A stretch of DNA of 64,000 bases. It comes from Ophelia neglecta (Eukaryota). Location: the NCBI GenBank assembly GCA_965285935.1, contig OZ260661.1:104780001-104844000 (forward strand), read 5' to 3'. Shown here one piece after another: positions 1 through 14,207 of this stretch (position 1 is the first letter of the stretch; each line of letters begins with the position of its first letter). The notes beneath the pieces are model-generated. The model had not been told where the DNA came from. It was given only the letters and a program-made list of their open reading frames with translations, and searched no databases. The translations under genes and the position numbers were made by a program.

Positions 1-488
1 AATTCTTCATTTCCGGGCTATATCTCTGGCACTACTGGGCCGATTGCAACCAAACTTCACAGGAATATTCCCCATGAACCCTAGATGTGCTTTTTGGGGA
101 AACTGAACTTTGGCCTACTTTTTTTACCGAACTGGGAACATATTTGTACTTTTTGATCAATTCTTCATTTCCGGGCTATATCTCTGGCAATACTGGGCCG
201 ATTGCAACCAAACTTCACAGGAACATTTCACATGGACCCCAGCTGTGCCTTTTGGGGAAACTGAACTTTGGCCTACTTTTTTTACCGAACTGGGAACATA
301 TTTGTACTTTTTGATCAATTCTTCATCTCTGGGACAAGCACCGGCCCTTTTGTTCTCAGTTTGTTCTTTTACCATCCATCCGTTAGTTGTCCATCCATTT
401 ATTGGTGGTGCATACTACCAGTACGGTGAACTTCTACCTCTTTAATATGGCGCTGTGGCGGGGGTTGTGGAGGCTAAGCCTCTTGTTT
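1..488 (+). mobile_element. End of a non-autonomous Helitron/Helentron-associated (HINE-like) element containing a 158-bp tandem repeat array (runs off the window start)
   Basis: Near-identical units start AATTCTTCAT at 1, 159 and 317 (period 158). The element ends in the hairpin GAGGC-TAA-GCCTC (470-482) followed by TTGTTT. This terminal layout is known from invertebrate HINE/DINE-like elements; the family assignment is inferred. Confidence 0.6.
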
Positions 489-1049
489 ATTAATTTATAA
501 TAACGATCAGACTCTTTCCAGGAAATGTGTAAATACAACACCTTTTTACAAACGCGAATTGAAATATAGAATTTACGACTGGAACGAGACTGAAATAGTC
601 ATTAACCTATTTATTATCTTTGGTTCTTTCCCTTTCTGGCAGTATCCACTGAAGTACGAGACCATAGAGTGGAATTACCCCTCCCAAAGAATCCTTCATG
701 ATCATTCTGTGGAAGAGTTCCCTCATTTAGTTGAAAGTGCATTGACTTTCCATTGGTTCAACATCAGTAAAATGCTTGACCAAAACACAGTGATATTCAA
801 TTGCATATCAAAGATAATGTAATGTTTATTAAACACGCTACCCTCAAATACAAATCAGCTACATCCGAATGCTTGACAATGTTTGGGCGGGCAGAATTGG
901 GTGCAGTGCGATCTTAGACATCGTTTGTATGACTATGTATATACATAATTAAGACTAACTGAAGAACTTCGCATGGTACTTCTTCTAACAAATTTGTTGA
1001 TGTATAACTCCTCGTTTTGTATTCAGCAGCTAGAGACACACTTGGCTAC

Positions 1050-1260
1050 TCGTATGTTATATTGTGTGTTTACCTCTGAAGTGTCTACTCAGACTGCTGT
1101 AATCGGATAAAGTTTGGCCGGATCTGACCTTTCCATTCCGTCCACGTCCTTGACAGGAAGTGTCTATTTCTCCTGTTGTCTCGGCCCTGTCGACATTCCC
1201 CTCACACTCGCCCTCCTGCCCGACTCCCCGAATGCACATTATCATCCATTCAACGCTTGC
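1050..1260 (-). mobile_element. Decayed RTE-type LINE, 3' end of ORF
   Basis: With one frameshift the minus strand reads GECEG-CRQGRDNRR...RTWTEW, resembling the RTE/RTE-X C-terminal GxxEGxRxRGRxxxxWxDxxxxWTG motif. Confidence 0.25.
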
Positions 1261-2399
1261 TTTTCAAAGATGCCACGGGGATATTGGGTATTCTGACCGT
1301 AGCTCGGTAAATAGCTTTTCCAAATATAATTAGCTCACGGCTTTCCAGGGAATTGTATTGTTTTCCTTTCTGGTCCAAGTTTGTGAAGTAAGGTTCACAA
1401 GAGGGCCATTCCGGGCATTGGATTCCAAGAAAGCCTTAATAGTACATTTAGCATCCCGCAGATCACGTTTCTAGTCTTCACTCTGCAATCACATTGTCAT
1501 TGGAGAATTGCGGCCTGAAGCTGCCCCGGCTGTTTAAAAAGTGAAGTCTAGCCTTAATTCAAAATGCAACTTTTTTTGGTGTTTGCCGGTATTTTAAGTA
1601 AATCGCAATTTCTTATATATTTTTTAATTCAAGTCAATTTATTTATATTATACATTTGATTTGTTGCCATGACACATGCATAATTGAAATAGGATCTAAT
1701 AGGCAAACACTCCTATATTAACATAATGCAGCGAAAAAAGTGCCATGACAATGAAAAATGGGCAACTGCGGCTGCACAAGGCCTCATTAATAGTTGTAAC
1801 CAACCACATCATAAAACAGTGCAAATATGGTTGTTACTGATAAAGTAGCAATCTGAATCTGCATGGTCCCTATAACAAAACCTATCAAACATAACAGTAA
1901 ATATAAGGCCTATTTGTCTACTACAAAACTGGGTCATCACTAGCTAGTGAACGCAAAAGGTGCTTCATATGTTGCAAGTTATTCTTAATTTATACCTTGA
2001 ATCTCAGTAGCAATATTAATACAGTTATTTTGATTAGATCTGAACACATTGAACGGTCAAAGCTTTTTATCCAATAGTTGTCTAATTTCACCGCAAAGAG
2101 CAAACAAAGGGAAGCGCATATGACGTTCCTTTGGACATTATATAACAACATATTTAGAAATGTTCGCCTTCAATACCATTCTTTAGAGAGTATAACTATT
2201 AAAAGGGTGTGATAGACGTCTTCATACCCGAAAAGTATTCAGGCATAGTTTCTGGCGGACTCTCTTCCTTTTGGGCCGAATAACAATATTATTACTTTCC
2301 CCTATAGCAAACGCGTGTCAACAATGAGAAAACTGACAGATATGATGACCTAGTCATTATCGACCTCCCCCAATCTAGAATGACCCTTGATAGCCTTCA

Positions 2400-2620
2400 A
2401 AGTCACGTAGACGCCATCGTTTGATGTAGTGCACCTAATCCCTTCGTGATAATACGCCATCCGGGCACAAGAGTTATGTTTGGAAAAGGATCTGGAGACG
2501 CGCTCATCAATCAAGCTGATGGCCCTTCCCGTCCCACTCTCACTGAAACAATATGTTTGAGTACGAAGGAGACATGGCTGCAATTTGTCAGGTATACTCT
2601 GTAACCGAACAAGTCCACCC
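2400..2620 (-). mobile_element. Decayed LINE apurinic-like endonuclease N-terminus
   Basis: Minus ORF reads LQSIPDKL...YCFSESG...NDGVYV, similar to the APE N-terminal pattern NxxSLxNK...xCxSETW...GGVxxY. Confidence 0.3.
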
Positions 2621-2769
2621 ATGTATGGCCTTATTCGTGTTGTCACAAAAATACATATCCATCATAACTCAAAGCTCAATTTTGGTTGATAAATATATTT
2701 AAGTTTACATTTGTATAGGGAGTTCCAGTGTCGTTTGTTCCTTTGTTCCAACAAACGTACCGTATAGCT

Positions 2770-2970
2770 TCAAAAGTCTGTACGATTCATGGAATTTCGA
2801 CCTCGTTTAAATACATCCTGTTTGTATGCACGTGTCCTTCATGTAACATTTCCTACAGAAAATTGGTTGAAAAGTAATAGTCTGATGTTTTATTTTACAC
2901 AAAGAGTGATATCATATGGGCCCAATGTTTTAGATACTGGTTTTTCCCAGATTGACACTTGTAATGTGTC
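2770..2970 (+). repeat. Diverged direct duplication, copy 1 (copy 2 at about 3793-4000)
   Basis: Shared collinear blocks TCAAAAGTC, TCATGGAATTTC, TCGTTTAAATACATCCTG, ATTTCCTAC, TTGGTTGA, AGTAATAGT, CACAAAGA. Confidence 0.75.
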
Positions 2971-3792
2971 GAACGAAGCAAGGTCAAATTTTCTAAGCAA
3001 ACGTCTATCTGCTCACACGATACCCCTTCATTATAATAATACGGCACAGATCCTTGCCTGTTGCCACCCTAAAACAAAACATTATTTTCCAGTGTCTACA
3101 TGTTTTTAGTAATTAACCAAATTAGTTACTCCAATAAAGGTTTACACAGACGGTTTAAGTAAATCGTGCTTATCATATAAACCCATGTACTTTATAGTTT
3201 TTTAAGGGGATGTGTATATAGGCTATAGATTCTATATGTCTATCAAAAGCTACCACGCATTTCTGATATACATAGTATGAGTTTTATCACTTGCTACCAA
3301 TTCGAAATATGCATTCCTACCCACGACTATAGGCTGTTCTTTGACATTCATGGAAGTTGTTTAGAATCATTACGTTGCCAGATAAACAGACTAAGTTGGG
3401 AGAGATTATATTCTAGTGGGGAATCAATTCATCACAACGTCCATTGACACTTAACTGAAGTCATCAACAAATAGATTGGCCATAGTCTCCAAGCTAAATG
3501 GGCTCAAATGAGAGGAAAACAATGTCTGCCTTCTGTTGCATTGAGCTCGGAGGAGAAAACCTAAATAATTCATTCCGTCAATGCTTTGATGGATCATTTC
3601 CAGCTACGCCGTGATATATTGTTGCCAAATAAAAAGCGGACGTTTGTGGTGCTTTGGTCTAACAGAGTGGACATGAAATAGATTGAAATAATATAGTTTA
3701 TTATAATGTTAACAGCCAAGAATTAGCACATGCTATTGATACTCCAGTATCGCTTTTTCGATATTAGTGGAAGTTGGCCAAAAAAAGTGCCA

Positions 3793-4000
3793 TCAAAAGT
3801 CGGCATGAATCATGGAATTTCCACATCGTTTAAATACATCCTGCTTGTGTCCGTCGTGTAGAATTTCCTACTTAAAACTTTACTGTGATAAAACTTGGTT
3901 GATCAGTAATAGTTCGTTATTTTAGTTTGCACAAAGACTGATATGATTAGTGTCAAATGATGTTGATATATCCCGCTTTCTTCCCGATTTTCACAATGTG
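3793..4000 (+). repeat. Diverged direct duplication, copy 2
   Basis: Collinear with 2770-2970, with small indels. Confidence 0.75.
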
Positions 4001-5879
4001 TACCCTTTCGGCGCCATAAGTGACAATAGTGCTACCATGCAGTGGATGAGCATGAAGTATCAACAACAGTCACCCCTCGAGATTTTACATGCTATCCACT
4101 CTAGCCAAGGCCCAAGGAAGGCTTGAACCTTAACCAAAATAATTATGAACAATTAAGTGGGTGATCATGAACATACATATATAAATAATTGGGACTGCAA
4201 TATTCGCAAAAGGTCGATAATTGGCGCCGAAAGGGGGCGAGCAACAATTTATACATTCTAAATGCCCGGAGCACGAATTAGAGAGAATGCGTCTTATACT
4301 GCATGGAAACACTATATATATGTGAACTATCGACCCGGCCGTGTTCAGCAGACAATAGAACTGCTCCGGGTGTTAGACCTAAATCTATTATTCAACACTC
4401 TAATTTTGGAGTTTCGTATTGAGCTAAATAATTAAGTCCAGTTCAGTCCCTTTGGTTCCGGTTGGTCTATTGGTTCTTATATCTTGATACTTTTAAGTAA
4501 TCCACTTTTTTCAAAGCTTGATATTAATCATCAACTTTAATGATATTTAGACTCAACTTCTGTATACTAATCCAGGTACTGACATTGGTATAACTTACTG
4601 GGGTCTATCTGCAATATAAAGGATTTTCTAATGTTCATTGTATCCGTTGTGCAGATGTGCATTAAACAACGTTCACCAAAATAAGAACTCTGTTATGCCG
4701 GAATAAAGGTAAGTAACAATGTTCTCAAAACCATTTCTCTAAAAGAAACATTATTCATCATGTATGAAAGGTATATAGGAAACACATCATTCTTCAATCG
4801 ACCAGAGCATCAATCTTTTAAAACAAATAAACGAAGCGTATTTTCAACGACAGCTGTCTCATCTTAAGGTTTATTAATATCTCGACCGAGAGCAGTGAGG
4901 TAAAGTAAAATATTACTCGCTTCAGATTAAGGATAGTTTCGTAATCGCCTGCCCCAAACTGTCATGCGTTGGGATATATAATAAATGTGGCAAGAATTAT
5001 TACTTATTTTAGATTGACTCGTTGTCAGTTGCGACTAGCGTGCAGATGTTGTGAAAGTATGCTAAGGTTTATATAAAACAGGTACTCCTTTCGTACACAT
5101 TTTTGCGAGTCGTATTTTCAAGCAGTAAGCTTTAAGTTTAAAAAAACTTTGCAATTGTTCAAACAGATTTTTTTTCTCATTCGGTAATGAAATGCTATAG
5201 ATACAGCACTATGTTATTATTGAAAACGTTATAGTTACATGTCCTAGCACAAAATACATCTCGAGGTCTATAGTCCTATAGGATGCATGGATGACTGGCT
5301 TGTTGTGGTATAAAGTGCATGTCACGGGAACTGAATTTCAGGCAAACATGTATGTATAGGATGTTTACATATGATACAATTGAAACGTATGCTACTGGAG
5401 AGATCAGCTTTACATGCATGCCTTGAAGAGTTGTATTTTGATGTCCGTTTGATACTCTGCCGCTCCGACACAAACATATTCAAACATCAATTTATTTTCC
5501 ATTAACCAAGAATTTCCCTGCCGAACGAAATCATCGCCCAAGATTAAATGAATTCGAGACAACAATTGCCAAACTACATCACCTTGGTTTTTTTACGTTT
5601 GAACTCTGGACCTAATAAGCCTAGAAGGAAAAGCTTGATTTACACATAATTACACGGCCCTATTCACATTAAAAATAAAATAGTAGTAGCAGAAAGGGAG
5701 GCAGCGTGCCCATGTGGAGCAAGGAGTGAACCGACCCTTTTCATGTGATCTCAACCGAATGCTGTTTTTGTTTTGCGTCAAACAGATGACAAGGTTAATG
5801 GCTTTAGTGTGATCATATTCTACGTCAATACGAACAGCAGTCCGATAGGCAAAACATCATCATTTTATTCATTTCCCAA

Positions 5880-5990
5880 CAGCTCCAGCTGCGCTGAGTC
5901 TCTCACGGTCCACATTGCACGTGCCAATCAGTCCCTGCGTCTTTCGCCACTGTACCGGACATGTATATATTTAAGTTTTTTTGTTAATGT
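5880..5990 (-). mobile_element. Decayed RTE-type endonuclease N-terminus
   Basis: Minus strand reads LIGTCNV then, after a frameshift, TVRDSAQLELL, similar to RTE IGTWNVRTL...KLxxL. Confidence 0.3.
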
Positions 5991-8900
5991 TAGGCCCATG
6001 TTGTGCGCCTTCCGCTACAACATTAAGATTCTGATTGACTGAGATTCGGGCTCAATGCGTACATAACATCACTTTCCGTTTTCATATCTAAATAAGTCCC
6101 TGCATGAATATGACCATAAGCCTAACTTTATTAGTCCGAAGGACGAGCGAAAATTGGGCATCGAGTGCATGAAAATAAGAGTGCATATTTGAAATCGGCG
6201 TGAAATATTACTTCATCACATATCAGGGCAGAACATGAGCCACCTTTAATACCAAGATGCGGAAATTATTAAGACCCATGTATACATGTATGCTTGCGAT
6301 TTCCAAACAAACCATATCAGTGGATAAGACAAGAGGCACGCGTGTACGTGTGCGTTCTTAGGCCAAAGTAATGCGCGTACAGGCCTATATGGACGAATAC
6401 ACCAAACAATTCTATGGGGGTAAATGCGCGCCTACTTCAGACAGTCGATTTCATTTAGGCCAAATTTCCAATAAGGCCTGCAAGTGCGCTCTCTCAAAAG
6501 AGCAGTGCAAAATTTCTTCTTCCTACTAGGTATAGAAAATATGTTCCCTTGGCAGAGTATGCATCTTGCCTGGCTTTCCCCTACGGTAGGATTGAGTATT
6601 GTCAAAATGTAAGTAAGCTAAGAAGTTTTCCATTTCAGATTTAGACAACCGAGTACGTTCTGTAAGTTACTTTAATTTGCACCTGTTAGCTACTATTTGT
6701 ACTTATTGCTTTCTCTGTAACTAAGGAATCGAAAACAAAGGGGCTTGATAGTTTTAGGCCAACTGACTGCTTAGTCCCATAGTCTAACGTTAACCTACAC
6801 ATGGAAAGCACTAGGCTAACTATGGATGAAAGCTGGCTAACAAAAGCCAAAGTATTTTTTTTTGCGTTAAGTGCTTTTTAAGGGACTCCTCATGACTTCG
6901 GCGGAAGTCGGGTTGGGTGGGGTGGGGGGTCTGCTGCTGCGATGATGCACAGCCTGCCGATTGGACGAGTGCCCTGATGGAGATGTTGTTACCCTTTTTT
7001 GTGAATCTCTTCTGACTTATAGTTCTTAGCAAGCTTATTGTATACAGCTTTGACAATCAAATTTTAACCGCGTTTCCAATAAATTTGTTATGAGCGTCTC
7101 GCCTCAATGTGCAGTTTGCCAGTCTCCCCCCCCCCCCCCAATCCACCTACTATATTATGACCGATCCCTAGCCTACCAACTGTGATCTTATGGAAACGTA
7201 GCTTCCAATGAACAGTTAGGCCTACTCATAAATATTTGATTTAATAGCATCATTGATTTGGTAAATATGACACCGTACATCGCACAAATTGACGTTGCGA
7301 TCCGATATTTTTGCTCTTAGCACAGGAGAACATGCGTGACAATTACGACTAAGGAAAGCCAGCAATATTATTCTATCTCGCCCATGGGAATCGTCCTGAA
7401 AGTGTGTGATTGGATATAGCTCGGCCTGATTTGTACCAAGTCGTCTCGTAGTCTTTAATGCAGCTTTCGTCGACTATGACATGAGTGGGGTAATGTTGTT
7501 CACAGCTCAAGGCCAGCCGTGTTAAAATTGTCAAAAAGGTTGTTCGAATAACATCGCAATCAAGTGAGAGGTTTTTGCATGATGCATAACATAGTAATTT
7601 TGCTACTTAGAATGTTTTCAACTCGAACGATCATACCTTGTCAGACATTCTGGGTGGTTTTTTCCTGATCAATACTGGTATGTGTATGCCAATATAAGAA
7701 AATACGGCCGGTGGCAACATTTCTGGTTCGCAATGCAAGGCAATTAGTTCACTCTCGTCCGATTCTGCCAAGCGAAATTTATATGAAAATTCCCTCTTTG
7801 TCGTTATTGAAATGAGCATCCTGACAATATGCCCCCCCCCCACCCCCACCACCACCACCACTATCACGTCCATGTCCCACTACCAGTGTTTTTTTTTAAT
7901 AATCGGGTAATGAAGAAAAATAAAACGAGCATATCCGAGTCACATGCATATACTCTGTGTATGCCTGCGGCAGAAGGGAGATGGTAAGCCTTTTAAACGC
8001 CCCTGTATGGCTGGAGGAAAAGCGGCCCAACTCCTTCTACCACTCAATCACATCACAGCTGACTCTTCACCTCAAACTAAGTCAGCCATCGACAGGCAGA
8101 TGAACACAATTCTACAAAATTAATTTACTTCGCACCTTTGCCATATTAATTATAGGTAATCCAATTTCAGTCTATTCAGGCAGGCGTTCTACACCCTCAT
8201 TGATAGATAGGGGCTTTATAAGACATGGCTTCGTCCTAACCCGAGGTGCCGCCTGTCACAGCGGTTTAAAGGAAAAATAACTCAAATGAATTCCGAAAAT
8301 AGGCTCGATGTCTTCATTGACCTTTGCTTTTCGTCTCTATATAAGATAAGAAAGCAAATAGATTGAATTTGGCTTTCGATACCTCTCTACTCCGGATATT
8401 GTTTCTTAAAACGTTCATTGTTACTCTGGAAGTGAAGATATCGGTTGTGGTAGTCCGGCTGTGTTCCCTAGGGGCTAACTTGTCATCGGCTCTAGTCACT
8501 CGTCCCCATGTAGCTTACACAGCCCGAGGGCAGCCGCCCCGCTCGGGGACTTCATGGTGGCAGAAAGTGCCCGAGAGAATCAGGTCACGAGTCGGCTGGT
8601 CTGTCGTGTTCCCTTAAGGAACGCCAACATTTCAGTTGCTTTCAGCATCTTAATAGGCTTATACGGTATTGCTTCTCCATCGCAAAAATACACTTTCTGC
8701 ACAAATTCACGTTGGAGAGTGCCTGGCTAAACTCTTTACAAGACATGTACATTTATATCATATTTCAGATGCATCTTTTTAGCAATTTGATATTATCAAT
8801 TCTGATGGGATTTACGCCACAAACATCTTTACTGTACAGAACTAAGCATAGAAATGTATAAAGGCATAAGATTTATGGCTTTCCGCAAACTGGTTTATCA

Positions 8901-11900
8901 TTTTAGCTTACATAACAAGGATTGACGAAACGACGTGGGCCAATATTAACACCGTTTATATTGTCGACATTAATTTATGTGCCGATATACATTAATATCA
9001 CACTATACCTGCATGCTTGTGCCATCAAATTGCTTTTTACAAGTTATGGTATCCCTGCCTATTATTCGTCTTGCTTTTTTGGGGCAACAGTAGCATTTAT
9101 ATTGAATTAATATTTTAAAAAGCTTTATGACATTTGTGTCTGGCATTGTGTGAGTGGCCTGACAGGCTATAAGCCTATAACTTAATTCGGATATCTTTAA
9201 GTCAAGGGAGAGTTCACTTATCAGTGTTATGCAGCGGTCAATGCGGCAATCGGTTTTATCATGCGGCCAGAACAATAGCAATGCTGCATTCGGTATCTGG
9301 TTGCACGGCAATACCGCTTGCAGCATTGACATTGCTCTAGCAGCACGATAATACTGAATGCCTCATTGACCGCTGCACAGCAATGCTAACAAGCAAACAT
9401 GTTTATTGCGAATCACAGGGCATTTACAATGTGTATAAAATCTGCATATATAAACCTATATTATGGATTCAATAATAATATTTAGTTAGAGGCCATTTGC
9501 TCCGGACTAGCTCCTTATTAATTAGTTTATAGCCTATGCTTTTACTTTCCATTTAGGCCTAGCTCTTTAAAAGAAATTCCAGGTATCCTACCAAATACTC
9601 GAATTAGGCTATATCATCTAAGTCTGGCTGATAGGTAGACCATTGTGCCATGAAGAGAAGCACAAAGACGTTCGTCTGCTGCAACCCTCGGATAAACAAA
9701 GAGTGGAGGGTGGCTGTTGTGTTCTGAGCAGAGCGCTAAGTACAGTGATATCGGCTTGTTTTGTCATGAAGATCGATACACAACAGGAAATATGCTGTGT
9801 CTCCCAGATTGTTATATCAAGTCATTAGCCGAGCTCAATCGCCATAGAAGAGGTGTTGCCTTTCAAATATTCCCGCTGTATTTGCCAAGAGCCAGTATCA
9901 TCAGTCTGTTAATGGTATCACTGGAGACAAATCCTTAAAATGTTGAGAAATGTACCCAGACTATATCAGTTTTAAGGCTTTTTGATGTGTCTTATGCGTG
10001 TTTCTTCTGTAGCCGGAAGCTGCGGCGTCTTCATGAAGATGCCGGTTAGCCTCTTCACAGTAGCTGTCTCGGCCGGGTCACGCCTAGTAAAATGCCTCGG
10101 GGAAAAGCCTGTCGGTCAGTAAAGATTGCTGATTGTTATTTCGATAGGTTTGCGGGTTCTAATCAGTATTCAGGATACTATTCATGTAATGTCAGACTAG
10201 TGCGATTTGAGGCAAGTGGTGGTAGGGATTTTAGGTTAAACTAAAAAAACCTCAAAGGTATTTAATAAGGCCAATTTTCCCAACTAGATTCGAGCTCATT
10301 CGCGATAGGCCAGTGATTTATTGTAGGCCTGCAGGGCCCCAACTGTTCTAAAGTTGAGCCACGGTCAGGTTACACAAAAGCTTCGGCCTTCTAAGGTCAA
10401 TGCGTTACGCTGTAATAGTTGTGTCGTCGGGAGATCTACAGCTGGCTGAGCGGGAGGCGTTTAGCTGAGCTCAGCCCCCGGTAGTACACCGTGCATGGCG
10501 AGGCTGGAGACCGTGCTGCGGCGGGCACTCAGACTATACGGCTACGGGTTTCTCACTGATGCATTGCATCCATGCACCCATATTTAGCGCTCAAACCAAG
10601 CAACAACAAACCTCCAATTAGCTCAGGGAAGAGCAGACGATTCTCCCCTAGCTGCTTGATAATCCGTTGGTATTGGCTCCGAGCTCGTACCTATAGGCAG
10701 TGCATTCATTCCTCTCTTGGCCTTTGTCTCCAGCATCTGAAGGTCGGCTGCCAGCCGCGGGGATTACCATATTGGTGTTCCTCAGCGCGGCTTTCTGCCT
10801 TGAACGTTATTCCTTTGCGCTCGCCTCGTGCCAGTGTATTTGGGATGATATGCTATAGGCCTAGGTCTGAGTGACTGTTGTCTCTAAATGCGGAAAGTGA
10901 CTTCATTCGGTTTGTTGTGTACCAGGATATCACACACGAATGGCTTATTCAGGGGAAGCGACCATCATAACAAACGGACAGAGTGCATTGAAGATGTTGC
11001 TGACGGTATATTATTGACTCGTTAGTTGCAGACAAATTGTCAGGTGAGACATTTCTATATAATATATTGACTTTCCATATTGTGCTCATATTGATCCCTC
11101 TGTCTTCTCGTATAGCTATCGGCAGTCTACCGTTACCACAGCTTGACATGTTTTAGGGATACCGTTTTAATAGATGACAGTTTTTCCTTAGGATAGGCGA
11201 AAGTTTGAACAATCTATTATTTTTAGATCATATTATTCTGATAAGAGATATTCTGTGGGATGCTGACATTAAACCATGACACTTTCTTACTTCATATTAA
11301 TGCCTGGGCATAGTTTACCTAAATGTCCATCATTGGAAGCAGGCATAAACATTGTTCACCCCTACATAGGCCATGGCAGGTTTAAACGGATGTATAGAAA
11401 TACATATGCCTAGTTGTACACAGACTAATTGTGTGTCAAATAATATTATCGGATAACAACAGCTCTAACTGCATGATTGAGTCACCACTATATCTATAAT
11501 TGCCCATGGTATTTCGCTTTTTGCTTGGCCTATGTATAGGCCTGCATATATTGTATATCATACACCGCCATCTGTTGAATCTGAATCGAACAGCGAATTT
11601 GCATCATTTGAATCATGGCTTTCTATAGTCCTTTCACCGAAGAAATAAAACAGAGCCTTAGCCTTAGGCGGAGATTGATTTTGTGTCAAATCGGGTGATT
11701 TGAGTTAGGCCTATACCTGGCGTGGGCCCATCCCCATGGATATATTACAGCTCTATTAACAGATCAGTTTGAAACTCCGAGGTGAGTTCAACATATTGCA
11801 TTAATTTATCGTATGGAACTTGATCCACTTGATTAGTAATGATACAATACTCATTGTTTAAGGGGTGATTTTCATTGAATTTCTCTGGATATGTTACAAT

Positions 11901-14207
11901 ATTATTTAAGATAGGACTGAAGCATAAAATATTGCTCCTAGAATAAAAGTGTGCTGGGGTATAATATAGTATTAATTCCACCTAGCCCAGACCCATGATA
12001 TTAGTCGCTCTGGTTTCCCCTGTCATTGGTGCTCTTCCTTCTTTATGATTTTACCTGTTCCGTTGGCAGACGATCAGTTTTAGTGCAGTCCACCGTTAAA
12101 TATGCATGGTCCTTAGTTTCATTTCCTAACACACAGCATACTTAATACCAATTCTAGTGTGCTTGCTGAACTGTCTCCTTTATTGCCAGGATGTAGGTAT
12201 TTAAGATGGGTTAGGTATAGTTAATATCCGGGCTATAATTGGCTCGAAGCCTGCCACAAGCCTGCGCGTGTGATTTGTATTTAACGTGACCTGCACATGA
12301 GATGGTTGGTTTAATCATGACCCATCCGTATTTGTTGGCTTGTTGCTGAGCAAGATGGAAGAATTAGTTGCCGGCTCAGTTACAATGACACCAGGCTGTA
12401 AGAATAAATACTGCTCCAACTATGTAGATGGCGTTTTTAGTAGCGGTCACCACCAGCCGAATTATAGCGAAATTAAAACCACCCAATGGACTGAAAAATT
12501 GGTCTGATAATTAAGGTTGTCTGTGAAGCAGGTTAGTTTAAATTGAAAGTACACAGCACAGTAATTATATTACTGGTCTGAATTGGTCTGAATAAAGAGG
12601 TGATATATACAGCTGGTTAAATTGTATTTATATTAAATATAAGTATTTGAAATTTATGAAATTAACAAACAAGCCAAAGTATGCATGCCTCTGAAAGAAA
12701 TCATTAGAAATTGTCTATATACGATACCATGCATATAAGTTACTTGTCTTATGGAGTCTAACCCAACAGTTTAACTTCTGACCTAAAGGAAAATCGTTAT
12801 TCATGAATAACAGGGTTAAATATTGCTTCAGTATTTGAACCACGCCCGCATTATAAGAATTGTGAAATTATCTGAATCTCACATTCTTCGCGATACAACA
12901 AATCTATGAAGTGGGCACTGTGTCAGTTAATCCAATCGATTGTTTGGTTGGCATGCGTATAGAATTGACTGCTCTGCAGTAAACATTGTGTAATTATTAT
13001 GTATGCCGACATATTCACATTACCCAAATGCTCGTTATTAACTATGGTTTGCTAATTTTCGTATAATAGGTTTTGTGTAGCTGTGCCAACATGAGGATTT
13101 AAGCGAAAAAAATACCCTACATCCATTATTGTGCTTATACATATAGGTCACTAAAATAAAGCGGCTCCAGTGCTAGGCGTGCTTGATAATTTTCTCATTT
13201 TAAACGTGCAAATTTGGTTTACAAAAACACATCGCTGTGCCTGTAGGCCAAGGAGTGATCAACACGAATGTCTGCGACAGATTTCATGTAAGTCGGCTAT
13301 ATTTTCGAGCTGCCATTAAGGCCTGTTATCACGCCCTCCCTGATCCCACGCCCAGCCTGGCGTCTTCGACTGCCTCGTTTGGCCCGAAGGCAGGTGTTAT
13401 TCTGCTGTAACAGCTTTCGTCTGCTGATTAGGAAGTTATTAGTCGATTTTTGCCCGTCGATCATTTGTAGACTCCTTGGAATGCAATGAAGTGGCTTTCT
13501 TTGTATCGTCACTTCCTAGGTGCCGTACATGTCAGTTAATCAGCCTTCTGATTGAGGCCTGCATACATTATTGGCTTCAAATGTCTATTCATTGTGTGTT
13601 GTTCTTTTCCAAAATAGCGCCTCCTATTTTACATCCAAGTTGAGTAGCACTCAATAAAGCAGACGAAGCAAATAAGGCAGCATATGTAGTAAGAACCTAG
13701 CCAAAACTTAAACCTATAGGGCTACCAGTCCATATAAGTCAAAATCCAATTAAACGCCAGATCTAGTCATGATCTTATGCAAAAGCCAAGGTTTTTGCCT
13801 GTATAATTCATCCACTCCCAAGGCGATGTATACATGTTTACCAATCTATGCGGACATTTCGTTTATTTATTCAGCTGGAAAAAGAACGCCTATACTTTTA
13901 ACAAGAAATATGCTAATTTATGTAATTTCCGTTTTATATGGCGGTCTCCTGTTATCATTGTGAGAGGATTGTGTTCAAGGAATACTATCCGTGATTATTG
14001 TACTTGTTTTAGTCATTTGCTAAGTCCTTCATTAAAAAAATGTTTTCAGTTTGTCTGCTTTCCACACAGTATAATGCTGTTTTATGGATGTTGCTTGTTA
14101 GGAGGCTTGTAGGATGTTGTATTGTATCAGTGCGCTGCTGGGACAAGGACCTATTACCGTTGATATAGGTCTACGTTGTAGCACTTCATCTGCAGTTTGA
14201 AGGAGCT

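Noticed and set aside
1-445. ORFs 87-314, 110-445 and 157-375; CRISPR-like periodicity
   Set aside because: Head-to-tail 158-bp tandem units with no unique spacers; the ORFs are repeat artefacts.
10000-10900. GC-richer island possibly coding
   Set aside because: No recognisable motif in the frames examined; probably an unclassifiable old TE.
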